Assembly (NCBI RefSeq): GCF_009914755.1
Contig: NC_060927.1
Source: the human T2T-CHM13v2.0 reference genome, Homo sapiens
DNA: 64,000 nt
Reading direction: 5' to 3' (one strand)
Shown here: positions 48,801-62,564 of the stretch, piece by piece
Numbering within the stretch: position 1 is the first letter of the stretch
Layout of the letters: each line of letters opens with the position of its first letter
Notes under the pieces: model-generated
The model's database searches: none
Seen by the model: the letters and a program-made list of their open reading frames with translations, nothing else
Told to the model about the DNA's origin: nothing
Translations under genes and position numbers: made by a program

Positions 48801-51800
48801 AACATCCAGATTCATAAAGCAAGTTCTTAGATACTTACAAAGGGACTTAGAATCCCACAAAATAATGACGGGAAACTTCAACAGCCCACTGACAGTAATA
48901 GATTATCAAGGGAGAAAACTAACAAAGATAATCGGGACCAAAACTCAGCACTGGATCAAATGGACCTGATAAACATCTAAATAACTCTACACCCCAAAAT
49001 AACAATATAAATTCTTCTCATCACCACATGGCACATACTCTAAAATCAACATTATTAAACATAAAACACTCCTCAGAAAAATGGAAAAGAACTGAAATCC
49101 TAACAACCATTCTCTCAGATCACAGCACAATCAAATTAGAAATCAAGATTTTACTCAAAACCATACAATTACGTAAAAATTGAACAATCTGCTCCTGAAT
49201 GACTTCTGGGTAAATAATTAAATTAAGGCAGAAATAAAGAAGTTCTCTAAAACTAATGTGAACAAAGACACATCATACCAGAATCCCTGGGACACAGTTA
49301 AGGCAGTATTAAGAGGGACATTTACAGCACTAAAAGCCCACATCATAAAGTTAGAAAGATCTCAATTTAATAACCTAACATCAAAACTAAAAGAACTAGA
49401 GACCAAGAGCAAAAAAACCTCAAAGCTAGCAGAAGACAAGAAATACCCAAAATCAGAGCTGAACTGAAGGAGACAGAGACACAAAAAAACATTCAAAAGA
49501 TCAGTGAATCCACGAGTTTGTTTTTTTTTTTGAAAAGTTAATAGAACAGATAGACCATTAGCTAGACTAATAAAGAAGACAAGAGAGAAGATCCAAATAA
49601 ACACAATTAGAAGTGACACAACGATATTACCACTGACCCTACAGAAATACAAATAACTATCAGAGAATATTATGAACACATCTATGCACACAAACTAAAA
49701 AATCCAGAAGAAATTGATAAATTCCTGGACACATACACCCTTCCAAGACTGAACCAGTAAGAAATTAAATCCCTGAACAGATCAATAACAAGCTCTGAAA
49801 TTGAATTAGTAGTAAATAGCCTACCACAGCCCTGGACCAGACTGATTCACAGCCAGATTCCACCAGATGTACAAAGAAGTGCTGGTACCATTCCTACTAA
49901 AACTATTCCAAAAAAATTGAAGAGGAGAGGCTCCTCTCTAAATTATTCTATGTGTCCAGCATCATCCAGATACCAAAACCTGTCAGAGACACAGTGAAAA
50001 AATAAAACTTCAGGCCAATAATGAACATTGATGCAAAAATCCTGAAGAAAACACTGGCAAACTAAATCCAGCAGCACATCAAAAAGCTTATCTACCACAA
50101 TCAAGTAGGCTTTAGCCCTGGGAAGTAAGGTTGGTTCAATACACACAAATCAATTAATGTAATTCATCACATAAACATAACTAAAGACAAAAAAAATGAT
50201 CATCTCTATAGATGCAGAAAAAGGCTGTTGATAAAATTTAACACCACTTCATGTTAAAAAAACTCTCAATAAACTAGATAATGAAGGAGCATACCTCAAA
50301 ATAATAAGAGCCATCTATGACAAACCCACAGCCAACATCATAGTGAATGGGGAAAACTTGTAAGCATTCCCTTGAAGACCAGCACAAGACAAGAATGTCT
50401 TCCCTAAACACTCCTAGTCAATGTAGTATTGGAAGTCCTGGACAGAGCATTCAGGCAAAAGAAAGAAATAAAGGGCATCCAAACAGGACGAGAGGAAATC
50501 AAACGATCCCTGTTTGCAGATGACATGATTCTATATCTAGAAAACCCCATAGTTCTGGCCCAAAAGCTCCTTAAGCTGATAAAATAACTTTAGTGAAGTA
50601 TCAGGATACAAAATCAATGTATAAAAATCACTAGCATTTCTATACACCAACAACCATCAAGCCAAGAGCCAAATCAGAAACATAATTCCATTCAAAATTG
50701 CCACACACATACACACACACACACACATAAACACACAAATACCTAGGAATACAGCGAACTAGGGAGGTAAAAGAGCTCTACAACACTTCTCAAAGAAATC
50801 AGAGATGATACAAACAATGGAGAAACATCTTTTGCTCATGGATAGCAAGAATCAATATCATAGAGATGATACAAACAATGGAGAAACATCTCTTGCTCAT
50901 GGATAGCAAGAATCAGTATCATTAAAATGGCCATAATACTATTTGGAGATTCAATAATGGCCAAAGCTATTTAGAGATACAATGTTCTTTCTATCAAACT
51001 ACCAATGACATTCTTCACAGAACTAGAAGGAACTACTTAGAAATTCATATGGAACCAAATAAGAACCCGGATAGCTAAGGCAATCCTAAGCAAAAAGAAC
51101 AAAGCTTGAGGCATCATGCTACCTGACTTTATGCTACAGGGCTACAGTAACCGAAACAGCATGGTACTGGTACAAAAACAGACACATAGACCAATGGGAC
51201 AGAATAGAGAGCCTAGAAATAAGGCCACGCACCTACAACCATCTGATCTTCAACAAAGCTGACAAAAACAAGCAATGGGGAAAGGACTCTACATTCAATA
51301 CATGGTGCTGGGATAACTGGCTGGCCATATGCAGAAGATTGACACTAAACCCCTTCCTTATACCATATGCAAAGATCAGCCCAAGATGGATTAAAGACTT
51401 AAATGTAAAACCCAAAACTGTAACAACTCTGGAAGACAACCAAGACAATACCATTCTAGACATAGGAATGGCCAAGATTTTATGACAAAGATGAAAAAGG
51501 AATTGCAACAAAAGCAAAAATTGACAAATGGGATCTAATTAAACTGAAGAGCTTCTGCACAGCAAAAGAAACCATCAACAGAGTAAACGACCTACAGAAT
51601 GGGAGAAAAATTTTTCAAACTATGCATCTGACAAAATCCAGTCTCTATAAGGAACTTAAACACATCTACAAGAAAAAAACAAGCAATCCCATAAAAAAGT
51701 GGACAAAAAACATAGACACTTTTCAAAAGAAGACATACATGCGGCCAACAAGCATATGAAAAAAAAAGCTCAACATCACTGATTATTAAAGAAATGAAAA

Positions 51801-52516
51801 TAAAACCACAATGAAATACCATATCACAGCAGTCAAAAAATAACTAATGTTTGCGAGGTTGCTGAGAAAAAGGAATGCTTACACACTGTTACAGGGAATG
51901 TAAATTAGTTCAACCATTGTGGAAAACTGTGTGACAATTCCTCAAAGACCTAAAGACAGAACTACCATTCAACCCAGCCATCCCTTACTGCCTATATACC
52001 AAAAGGAATATAAATTGTTCTATCATAAAGACACATGCACATGTGTGTTTACTGCAGCACTATTCACAATAGCAAAGACATGGAGTCAACCTAAATGCCT
52101 ATCAATGGTAGACTGGATAAAGCAAATATGGTACGTATTCACCATGGAATACTCTGCAGCCATAAAAAAGAATGATATCATCTCCCTTACAGGAACATGA
52201 ATGGAGATGGAGTCCATTATCTTTGGCAAATTAACACAGGACTAGAAAACCAAATACAGGTTCTCACTTAAAGTAGGAGCTAAATAATGATAACACATGG
52301 ACACATAGAGAGAAACAATAGACATGGGGGACCAACCAGAGAATGGGGAGGGCGGGAGGAAGGAGAGGATCAGGAAAAATAACTAATGAATACTAGGCTT
52401 AATACCTGGGTAATGAAATAATCTATACAAAACAAAAAACCCCATGACACAAGTTTACCTATATAACAAATTTGCACATATACTCCTGAACTTAACGGTT
52501 AATAAGGAGAAAAAAA
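45809..52516 (+). mobile_element. Full-length old LINE-1 (about L1PA13-15), degenerate
   Basis: 5' 'caagacggctgactagatgcagcc'; GC-rich 5'UTR about 1.5 kb; ORF1 ATG at about 47365; ORF2 start 48440 (MMTGSNSHLSIL); 3'UTR 'aggatcaggaaaaataactaat'. Confidence 0.9.
50702..50737. repeat. Imperfect (CA)n inside L1 ORF2
   Basis: Read directly from the sequence. Confidence 0.85.
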
Positions 52517-52819
52517 GAATTACACAACGGTATACACTTATTGAAAGTGTATATATGGCAATTAAAATAATCATTTTTACAACAAATGTATGTCATTGTG
52601 CAATCATAACTAAACAAAGGATTATGAAGGGAGCACTAATTCCCCATATTGAAAACCTATAAGCTTTGTGTGACCAACATGTATAAAAATAGCGAAAGTT
52701 TATTGTAAAAAAAAAAAGGGCCTGGTTCTTGTTTTTTAATTTATTTAATCTATGTTGGATTGTTGACAATGATATTCATGGGGATAATGCATATCTAAAC
52801 TAGTTCTATGTACTTTTTC

Positions 52820-52975
52820 CTTTGTTTCTTGAGATATAATTCACATACCATAAAATTACCATTGTAAACTGTACAATTCTGTGTTTTTTAGTATACCATA
52901 TTCACAATATGTGCGACCATAAGCACTATCTAATTCCAGGACATTTTCATTACCTCAAATGGAAACCCCATACCT
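52820..52975 (-). mobile_element. Old L1M (L1MB-like) 3' end fragment
   Basis: 'ttgagatataattcacataccataaaatt...taattccaggacattttcat'. Confidence 0.7.
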
Positions 52976-53419
52976 ACATAATTTTAAAGAAACAGAACAC
53001 TAACTATATTTACAAATCTAAGCAGTGTATTCACTCAGACTTATTAGTACTAGAGCAGGAATAAGGAAGTGGTGCAGAAGTAAACACAGTTGGAGGCCAT
53101 TCAAGCATTACCCAAGGTGAAGGTTGCCCAGTGAAAATGAACATCTGGTCTTCCTGGCATGTATATTCTTACTATTGAGATGCATAAATCAAGCTATGAA
53201 AATCTGATGAAATAAACGTCGAATTAAAACTCCTTTTTCTTTGATTACATTGCTCTTTACTATTCCACATGCTTAAAATTTGGGTTCTGGAGTAGATACC
53301 AATTTTCAGTCTGCCCCATATTCATCTTTTCTTCTGACCAGAACTCCACATTCCCCAAACTCCCCTCCTTCTTCTTCAGGGAACTGCTCTTCACTTTACT
53401 CCAGCTATGTAATTCTCAT

Positions 53420-53674
53420 AGCACCTGCCATGTTCTTAAAAATTCAGGCTGTAGTTACAGTAGAAAAAATGGAAGACAGAGCTAATGAGTGGAGAGAAAC
53501 AGAGTCCTAATGAAACCATTTGAGAGCTTGGGCCTCAAGGTCTGCACCTACACCTGAAAGCCAGACATACCTTCTGGACTTTTTAGTTACATGAGGTATT
53601 AAATTCTTCATTTTTCTTATGCCAGTTTGAGTTTCATTTTCTGGAGCTCGCAATCTAGAGTCCTAAATGATACA
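53420..53674 (+). mobile_element. MLT1 (MaLR) LTR 3' part
   Basis: 'cttctggactttttagttacatgag...gagtcctaaatgataca'. Confidence 0.6.
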
Positions 53675-53824
53675 ATATATCATTATATAATGTATAGAGG
53701 ATCCACTGTCTCTAAGCTATCCATGAACTTGAAGCTCTATATACAATGAATTGTTTCAGATTTTATAAAAAATCAAAACACCAAAATACTAACATGGAAC
53801 TTCAGTATATAAAGCAATCGAATC

Positions 53825-54211
53825 TGTATTAGTCAGTTCTCACACTGCTATAAAGATACTATCCAAGACTGGGTAATTAATAAAGGAAAGAGGTTTAATT
53901 GATTCACAGTTCCACACAGATAGGGAGGCCTCAGGAATCTTACAATCATGGCAGAAGGCAAAGGGAAAGCAAGGACCTTCCTCACATGGAGACAGGAGAC
54001 AGAAATGCAAGCAGGGGAAATGCCAGGCATATAAAACCATTAAATCTTGTGAGAACTCACTCACTATCGCAAGAACAACATGGGGAAACTTGCCCCATGA
54101 TCCAATCGCATCCTTCCCTTGACACATGGGGATTACAGGTCCCTCCCTTGACATGCGGGGATTACAATTCGAGATGAGATTTGGGTGAGGACACAGAGCC
54201 AAACCGTAACA
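53825..54211 (-). mobile_element. MST (MSTA-like) solo LTR
   Basis: 'tgtattagtcagttctcacactgctataaaga...gccaaaccgtaaca'. Confidence 0.9.
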
Positions 54212-55374
54212 AAGTCTAACCTTCAAGTCCACTAAAGTATACAAATGGCCAAGTGAAAACAGCACACTCCTCTCAAATTATGGTAATTTTTAAACTGTGA
54301 AATAGAACTAGAGGAAGTTTTTATCTGTCTCATTTGCCAAGTTAAAGGAAATGGGAGTAACTTTAATTTTTTTCTTATCTTAATTCACACAGTGACTAAT
54401 AAAGTTTAGTTTGCACCAAATATGCCTATGAGAAATCCTTGAAGTTGACTGTCAACATGCTATCCTGTAATTCAAAATGGCAGCAAAATCTCAGAATAAA
54501 ATCATGCAGATTAGATAGGAGATCATGAGTGTACCCTCAATATATCTCTCAGGTGATTAGAAAAGCAAATATTTCTCAGAGTCAAGAATACCATACCCCT
54601 ACCTCCATGGGACATTATTTTTTTTCTTTGGTTTTAAGAAAATGACTCCAATGTCTCATTATTGAGTTACTAAAGCATTCATAAATGCATGTCAAACACA
54701 AGTAGATAATCTCTAAAAGTGAAATGAAATAAACCACACAAAATTTAGCTTAATTATGCATTAAAATGAGTTTCTGAATTCACACTTCAAAAACAAAATA
54801 AATTATGTATGGAACTGAGTTATGCTACTGCTTTAATGTCAAAACCAAAATGTCTCACACAGTCCACATGAAGAAAGTTGTTAGTAAACAAAAAGAAGAC
54901 AAGCTTGATTATTTTTGACAATGATTATATTTTTAAATTTATCACATTTATGAAAACTTTTATCCAATGGCAGTTATTTGTTTTCCCACCTCCTACTATA
55001 ATTTGACTACTTAAATCTATGACTGGTGTTGGCCAGGGCTAGGATCTCAAATATTTGATTGTTTGAGGGCACACATAATGATTTTAAATCAATATTCTGT
55101 AAACCTTGGGGAACAGAAAATCTTCCTATAACCCTACACAATCCTGCACATAATAAAAATAATAATATCAATAATTAGATCATCCTAAAATTTTATACCA
55201 TGTACAACCCACCTTATCAGGGTAGAGACAGAAAGAATTTGGAGACGTTCCTAAAAATAATCCGCCTATACCCTCTTTATCAGTCAAAGCATCAGAGGAC
55301 AAGACATTTGAACTCTGTTATAACAGATTATCAAGCAAAAATGATGGGTAAGTGTATTATAAACAAAGGGAACA

Positions 55375-55582
55375 CAATGGTTCTCAGTAGGGAGGGTCCT
55401 CCCTCCAGGGAGCATTTGACAATATCTGAAGGTATTTTTTATTGTCAAAATTGGGAAGGTGCTATTGGCATGTAGTGGGTAAAGGACAGAAGTGCTGCAA
55501 ACATCCTACAATGCACAGGACAGCTCCCCATAATAAATGACCTGGGCCAAAATGTTAGCAGTATCAAGGTTGAGAAACACTG
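55375..55582. mobile_element. MER20 hAT-Charlie DNA transposon
   Basis: TIR-like caatggttctca / ttgagaaacactg; 'gctgcaaacatcctacaatgcacaggacagctccc'. Confidence 0.85.
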
Positions 55583-55642
55583 AGCTAGAGAAAAGAAAGG
55601 GAGAAATAAATGAATATGTTTAAAGAACAGGGCATACATTAT

Positions 55643-56010
55643 CTGTTAGTTACCTATTAGTTTTCAACAAATTACCACAAATTCAGCAGCTTGAAACACA
55701 CGTTTATTATCTCAGTGAATTTCTGTGGCTCAGCAATCTGGGCACAGGTTATCTGGATTTTCTGCTTAGGGACTACAATCTTCATAAGAGGCTGCAATCA
55801 AGGTGTTGGCCAGGGCTGGGGTCTCATCTGAGGCTTGACTGGGGAAGGAGCTGCTTCCAAGCTCACATGGTAATTGGAAGAATTCAGCTCCTTGCAGGTT
55901 CTCAGACTGAGGTCCTTAGTTTCTTGCTGCCTATCAGCCAGAGGTCATCCTCTCTTCCTTACCATGTGTGTCTTTCCTTAGGGCAGCTCACACATAATAT
56001 GGCAGCTTGT
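55643..56010 (-). mobile_element. MLT1 (MaLR) LTR
   Basis: 'aacaaattaccacaaa...ggctgcaatcaaggtgttggccagggctg'. Confidence 0.75.
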
Positions 56011-56449
56011 TTCAATATGGCAGCTTGTTTCTTTCAAAGCCAGAAAGAGTCTGTTAGCCTCTCTAGAGATAGGCTTGCACAATGACTAGCAAGAATAGGA
56101 AATCAATAAATAGTTGTTGAATTAATATGAAATAAACATAAGATTTTCACTGATTGATTAAGCATCTTATTTTTCTGACAAATAGCTGAGTGATCTGAAG
56201 TCTTTACAGACAGAATATATATACTGTAAATTTGAGCTGAAGGCTCTTGATGAAATAGAGTAAAAAACATTGAAACTATAATCAGCAAAAGGGTAAGCAG
56301 AAAAGAGATCTAATATCCATTCTATTACCTCTATGAACTAGGTAAATTTCAGACATCATTTGAGTAAATACTCATGACAAGCTTTATTTTATAAATGAGA
56401 AACATGAAGCACTAGGAATTTATGTGACTTGCACCTCTAGAAAAAGCTC

Positions 56450-57240
56450 AAAGTTGTACCTCCAGAACGCGGGAATAATAAGCTCAGTGACTGTCTCCCC
56501 AGAAAAAGGAAATAAAACTGGTAAAAACTACTTTTAAAATACACACAACAGTCATCTGGCAAGTGTCTTAAAAACATACAGCAAATGGTGAAACATTTAT
56601 TTGAGAAAATCTAGTAAATCTCAGTAAGAAAAGCAAGTCTGTGGCCTTTGGGTCACGACTTGCTCCCTTTCCCCCAATGCCAACTCTGTATTATAGAAGC
56701 TGTACCCCAAGTCCTTTACTCCAGGCAGTTGCAACCAAAAAGACAGGAGTTCTATTCCTTCCCCACACCTGGTTTGGGGCTACAGTTCCCCCACAGCAGG
56801 AGTAGGCTGCCATCCTGCCCCAGCCATGCCCTGTGCTGCAGAAACTCTATTCCAGATTGTAGAGAGTAGCAGGTCTCCCCATCTCTGCCCTGGCTCAGAG
56901 AATGGAAGCCTACTCCAGCCACAGTACTGGGTCCCAAATCACCCTCATCTCAGCTTGCTCATAGGGCAGAGATTTCACACATGAATATGGAGACCAGGGA
57001 CTGTTACCTCTTGTCTCCTGGACACTTGAAGAGTGAGGGGTTTCATTCCAGGAAAAGCAGGCTTCCAACCCTAGTTCTGATACTGTGGCTCAGGTGTTCT
57101 GCCTAGGGAGAAAGGCAGGCCATAAGGAGACTTAATTTTGAAACACCACAGCTCTGTCTAAAAGGAAACTTCATTTGGAGCAGCACATAGAGAACTTTAT
57201 GTCTAAGGGTTTTGTGAAAAAAATAAAAATTTTATGGAGG
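56450..57240 (+). mobile_element. Probable old L1M 5' region
   Basis: 'gaaacatttatttgagaaaatctagtaaatctcagtaagaa' resembles L1M 5'UTR. Confidence 0.35.
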
Positions 57241-57768
57241 TGACTTTTAAAAACACTCAAATTCCCCAAAGTTTGTCTCCAAATCCCTTGCTGCTCACTG
57301 TCTGCCTTCAGGTTGAGAGAGGTAAGATAGTCAAAAATATTAAAGTATGGTTAAGGAAGGAAAATACTCCACCAAGTAAATTTTATTACTAAAAAATACA
57401 AAAGGTAAATAACTAGTCAGAAAAAGATAAATTCTAAAGATAATTTTCTATGAGCATTTTTCCATTTAATTTTTAAAACTGTATCTTTAGGGGAAAAAAT
57501 CAAGTCTGATGTTTATATTTCATTTATTAGTTTTCATTTAATTATGAAATGTTATAATTTAATAAGCCCTACAATAGTCTTCATTTCCTACATTCCTTAT
57601 TCTAGACCATATTTTGGACTGCTCACAGCCACGATAAATTTTTCTCTTATCCACATTCATCAGACCAAAAACTAAGCATGCCTTTTCTATAACATAATTT
57701 GTGCATAATATAACTAACTCAAAATGTGATACATGAAAATAAACTTTTTAATGGAAAAAAATCAATAA

Positions 57769-58007
57769 GGTTAGGTGTGGGAGCCCATACCTAACCTGAA
57801 TTGAAGTCAGGAGTTCAAGACCAGCCTGGCCAATATAGTAAAACCCCATCTCTACTAAAAATACAAAAATCAAGTGCGCCCCTGTAATTCCAGCTGCTGA
57901 CTCAAGAGGCTGAGGCACAAGAATCACTTGAATCCAGGAGACACAGGTTGCAGTGAACCAAGATCACACCACTGCAGTCCAGCCTGGGTGATGGAGTGAG
58001 ACTCTGT
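57769..58007 (+). mobile_element. AluS with left-arm deletion and tail replaced by (CA)n
   Basis: 'gtcaggagttcaagaccagcctggcc...ctactaaaaatacaaaaa...gttgcagtgaacc'. Confidence 0.85.
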
Positions 58008-58025
58008 CACACACACACACACACA

Positions 58026-58065
<40 letters not shown>
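58008..58065. repeat. (CA)n microsatellite, about 29 units with one interruption
   Basis: Read directly from the sequence. Confidence 0.95.
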
Positions 58066-58066
<1 letters not shown>

Positions 58067-59061
58067 CAGTAGAAAATTAGAATTAAATTATTATTGGTCA
58101 GAAATAATATAATCCTTAAAATCTACAGATGATAATGATAAGGAAGGACAAAGAGTGACCTAGTCAAATGGTATGAGTCTCAAAGGACTCCCAAAGTTTC
58201 CAGTTACCCAGAAGTATTTTGCAGAAGCAGCTCTAGCAGCCTTTTCCTTTGGGGCTAGCAAGTAGTTGTTTCCATCCAGAAATACTGGAATCCATCTCCG
58301 TCATACCTATTCTCAAAATATGCTGATAAATTTAACTTCAATTTTAGTATCCTACCTCTCAAAAACAGGGTAAGGCATGGCACCTTAATTATTACCCAAG
58401 TTGGTATGTTTATGTACTAGGCTAAATTTGGCAAGTTTCCTCGAGATCCCAGGGCTGAACAGAAGAAACCCTTGACATCTGCAAGGGATAAGTCTTGGTT
58501 TCTTGGGTAATTCCCAATTCTGGACTACAATAGCAGCAAATAATTTTCCCCACAAATCGCATTAAAGAATAGTTTTACAAGAATTATTATAAGCATAGCA
58601 GAAAATAGAAAACAAAAAGCCACAAGAAATAATAAATAATAATATCAGCTAACATTGATTTTCTATATGCTTGATATACTTTACTTGTATTAACTTTTTT
58701 AATACTTGCAAATGCTGAAATGTAGTTTAAGCTCTCCCACCAAATAAATATCTCTCTTATTCACAGCAATCAAATGTTGCAGCTTAAATTTATGTGTTAG
58801 GAAAATGGCCATTTATTATATGACATTGACCTATCAGTAGGTCTCACAAATGGTTGAGACCAAGAATGAATGCCAAGGCTAATAACACTGATAACCTCCC
58901 AGCTGTGGTAGCTACAGGGCTTTCCTTCTGCTTGAGAAAAAAGCAGAGGGAAACATAAAGGGGACTTTGTCTTGCACCTGAGGTACCAGCACAGCCACAG
59001 CGAGGCAGAGCACCAACTGGGATCTTGGGGTTTCCAACTCCAGGACTTGATTCCTGGATGG

Positions 59062-59440
59062 TGTATTAGTCTGTTTTCATACTGCTATAAAGACATACCT
59101 GAGACTGGGTAATTTATGGAGGAAAGATGTTTAATTGACTCATGGTTCTGCAGGCTGTACAGAAGGCATGGCTGGAGAGGCCTCAGGAAACTTAAAATCA
59201 TAGCTGAAGGCAAAGGGGAAGCAGGCACAATTTTTACATGGTGGCGCAGGAGAAAGAGAGTGCAAAGGGGGAAGTGCCACACACTTTTAAATCATCAGAT
59301 CTCATGAGAACCCACTATCATGAGAACAGCAAGGGGGAAATCCATCCCATGATCCAATCACCTCCACTAGGTCCCTCTCCAACACTGGGAATTACAATTC
59401 AACATGAGATTTGGGTGGGACACAGAGCCGAACCATATTA
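59062..59440 (-). mobile_element. MST solo LTR nested in the L1 5'UTR
   Basis: Perfect 5-bp TSD gatgg at 59057-59061 and 59441-59445. Confidence 0.92.
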
Positions 59441-61252
59441 GATGGCACTTCTGGACCTGCCCTGGTCCAGAGTGGAGCCCATTGCCCTGAAGGGTAAGTC
59501 CAAGGTCAGGCAACATGCATCACAAGCTGACTTAATAGCCTTTGGGACTTAAGGGAACATTGGTTGGTAGTCTGGCCATCCTCCTTGTGGCCTGGGGTGG
59601 TGGTGGCTACAAGGTGAGGCTCTTCTGCCTTTAAAAAGAGAAGGGAAGAGTGGGAGGACGGCATCCTGTGGTTTTAGTGCAAGCTCAGCTGCAATACAAT
59701 AGAATACCTGGTAGACTTCTAAGGTTTTTTACTCTAGTCCCTGACTCCCAGACAGCTCCTCTGGACTCACCCAGGGCCTGGGAGACCTTGCCTCCCTGAA
59801 GGAGAAGATAAAGGCCTGGCTTGCTTTGCCACTTGCTGATTGTAGAGCCCCAGCGTTTTGAGTGGACATGGATACTAGCCAGAAGGTGGCTACGGCAGAC
59901 CTTGGGCGAGACCCAGTGCTGTGCTGGCTTCTGGTCTGATCCAGCACAGTCACTGTGGTGGTCACCACACGGGTGCTGTGTCACTCCACCCCTAGCTTTA
60001 GGTGGGTCAGAACAAAGACAGACTCTTTGTTTGGGAGAAAGGAAAGCAAGGGAAGAAACAAGACTGTCTGCCCGGTAATCCAGAGAATTCTCCCAGATCT
60101 TGTCCAAGACCATCAAGACAGTACCTCTACGAGTCTGCAAGTGCCACAGCATTACTGGGGCCCCCTAAAGTAAATACAGCTTAGATCACAACACCCAAGT
60201 CCTTTTAGATATCTGAAAAGCCTTTCCAAAAAGGACAGCTAAAAATAATTCAAGACAGTGAAGATTACAATAAATACCTAACTCTTCAATCCCAGACACT
60301 GAAGAACATCTGCTAGCATCAACATCATCCAGGAAAACATGACCTCACCCAATGAACTAAATAAGGCACCAGGGAGCAATCCTAGAGAAACAGAGATATG
60401 TGACCTTTCAGGCAGAGAATTCAAAATATCTGGGTTGAGGAAACAAAAAGAAATTAAAGATAACACAAAGAAGGAATTCAGAATGATATCAGATAAATTT
60501 GATAGCAGACAAGCAAAGAGATTCAAATAATTAAAAGAATCAAGCAGAAATTCTAGAGTTGAAAAATGCAACTGGCATACTGAAGAATGCATCACAGTCC
60601 TTTAATAACAGAATGGATCAAGCACGGGAAAGAATTGGTGAGCTTAAAGACAGGCTAAATTGAAAATACAGGTCAGATGAGACAAAAGAAAAAAGTAAAA
60701 AACATAAAGTACACCTACAGGATCAAGAAAATAGCCTCAAAAGGACAAATTTAAAAGTTATCAGCCCTAAAGAGGAGGTAGAGAAAGAGATGGGGTAAAA
60801 AGCTTATTCAATGGCAGAATAACAGAGAACTTCTCAAACCTAGAGAAAGATATCGGTATCCAAGTACAAGATGGTTATTGAACACCAAGCAGATTTAACC
60901 CAAAGAAGATTACCTCAAGGCATTTAATAATGAAACTCCCAAAGGTCAAGGATAAAGAAAGGGTCCTAAAAGCAGCAAGAGAAAAGAAACAACATAAAAT
61001 GGAGCTCCAATAGGTCTGACAGCAGGCTTCTCAGTGGAAACCTTACAGTTCAGGAGAGAGTGGCATGACATATTTAAAGTGCCGAAGGACAAAAACTTTT
61101 ACCCTACAATAGCATATGCTTTGAAACATGAAGGAGAAATAAAGACTTCACAGACAAACAAAAGCTGAAAGATTACATTCATACCAGACCTGTCCTACAA
61201 AAAATGCTAAATGAAAAAAAAAAGGACATTAATGAGCAATAAATAATCATCT

Positions 61253-62564
61253 TGATGGCAGTGGCTCCTGCCATCATGCCGGCTGCAGCAGGGAAGGGTG
61301 GCTGGGGCTGCCCACTCCATGGAGCTGGTGGGAGCCCCACCCCTTCTGAGTTGGGGCAGGAGCTCCCTGGGTGCCACTGCAGCCACCGAAAGGCAGCTAC
61401 AGACCCAGGCCTCCTGCTCTATGGAGCAGGCAGGACCCACAGCCACCCAAACTGCCACTGTGGATCTGAGCCTCCCTGTCCTCTGGGAGAGGGGCTGGGA
61501 ACAGGCAGGATCTGACCTCCAAGGTGCAGCTGCAGCTGCAGGACCCTCGACTGCAGACTTGGGCCTCTGGTTCCATGGATTTGGTGGGAGCCGCGGACAA
61601 GTAGGAGCCCCACCCCTTCCGAGTTGGCAGAGCGAGAGCTCCCAGGTGCAGCTGCAGCCTGCCACCCAGGCACAGGAACCTGGGCATCTCTGCAGTCTGC
61701 ACCCTCGGGGGCCCCAGGAAGGACCCCCCCCCCATCCCTGCAGGCTCTGGGGTGTCTTCTCCTGCTGCCTGACCTCTCTCCACTCCTGGAACCTGTTCTG
61801 ATCTCTGAGCAGGGGATTGGAGGCAACCCCCAAGGGCCATGAATGGCAGCTGGAGGCAGATTGATTCCTGGGTAGAACACAGGTCCCCAGTAAGGCCCCA
61901 TCTTTAGGCCATGGAGGGCCTGAAGGCTGGGGGCTGGGGGCTGGAGTGCCAGACCTGCAGACCTAAGTGGGGTCTCCTGGTGCCTCTTCCAGGCGCCCAT
62001 GGCCACCCATGGACTAACTGGAACACACTTCCTCCTTTCTGAGGTCCATAAAATCCCTGGCTCAGCCAGAGCAGGGCCGAGGATGACCAGAGGATAAAGA
62101 GGGCAGACAGACAATGGGAAAACCAGCTGCAGAGAGAAGCTACACTCTCTGCTGAGAGCTGCAGATGACAGGACAACCAGCTGTAGAGAGGAGCTACCCT
62201 CTCTGCTGAGAGCTGCAGAGGTGACCTGCCAGCAGAGAGGAGCCACCCTCTCCAGGGCCTCATATCTGCTGAGAGCTACAGACATCAGGATGACCAGTAG
62301 CAGAGAGAAGCTACCATCTCCAGGGCCTCCTCTCTGCTGAGAACTGAACACTTGACAGTAATCTGCCCACAGAGAGGAGCTACCCACTGCAGGTCTCCTA
62401 TGAGTTGTTGTAATACTCAATAAAGCTTATCTTCATCTTGTTCACTCTTCACTTGTCTGCATACCTCATTCTTCCTGGACAATGCAGGACAAGAACTTGG
62501 GCAAAAATGCTGCAGCCACAGAGGTTTCCAGCCAGCAAATCGACACCCTAAAGATCTAATAACA
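61253..62564 (+). mobile_element. MER52-like (ERV1) long GC-rich solo LTR
   Basis: 'tgatggcagtggc...ctgccatcatgccggctgcagc' start, 'aataaca' end; 4-bp TSD atct; internal gagagctgcagag repeats; AATAAA near 62419. Confidence 0.85.

Noticed and set aside
54114-54170. Duplicated tcccttgacac...ggggattaca inside the MST LTR
   Set aside because: As I recall, this duplication is part of the MSTA consensus, so it is not locus-specific
62100-62400. Repeats with variable spacers (gagagctgcagag / agagaggagctacc), superficially CRISPR-like
   Set aside because: Internal tandem repeats of the MER52-type LTR in a eukaryotic genome; spacers are mutually similar and there are no cas genes
61207-62420. Long ORFs (up to 333 aa) on both strands
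   Set aside because: They lie essentially within the GC-rich MER52-like LTR; low-complexity translations with no recognisable domain
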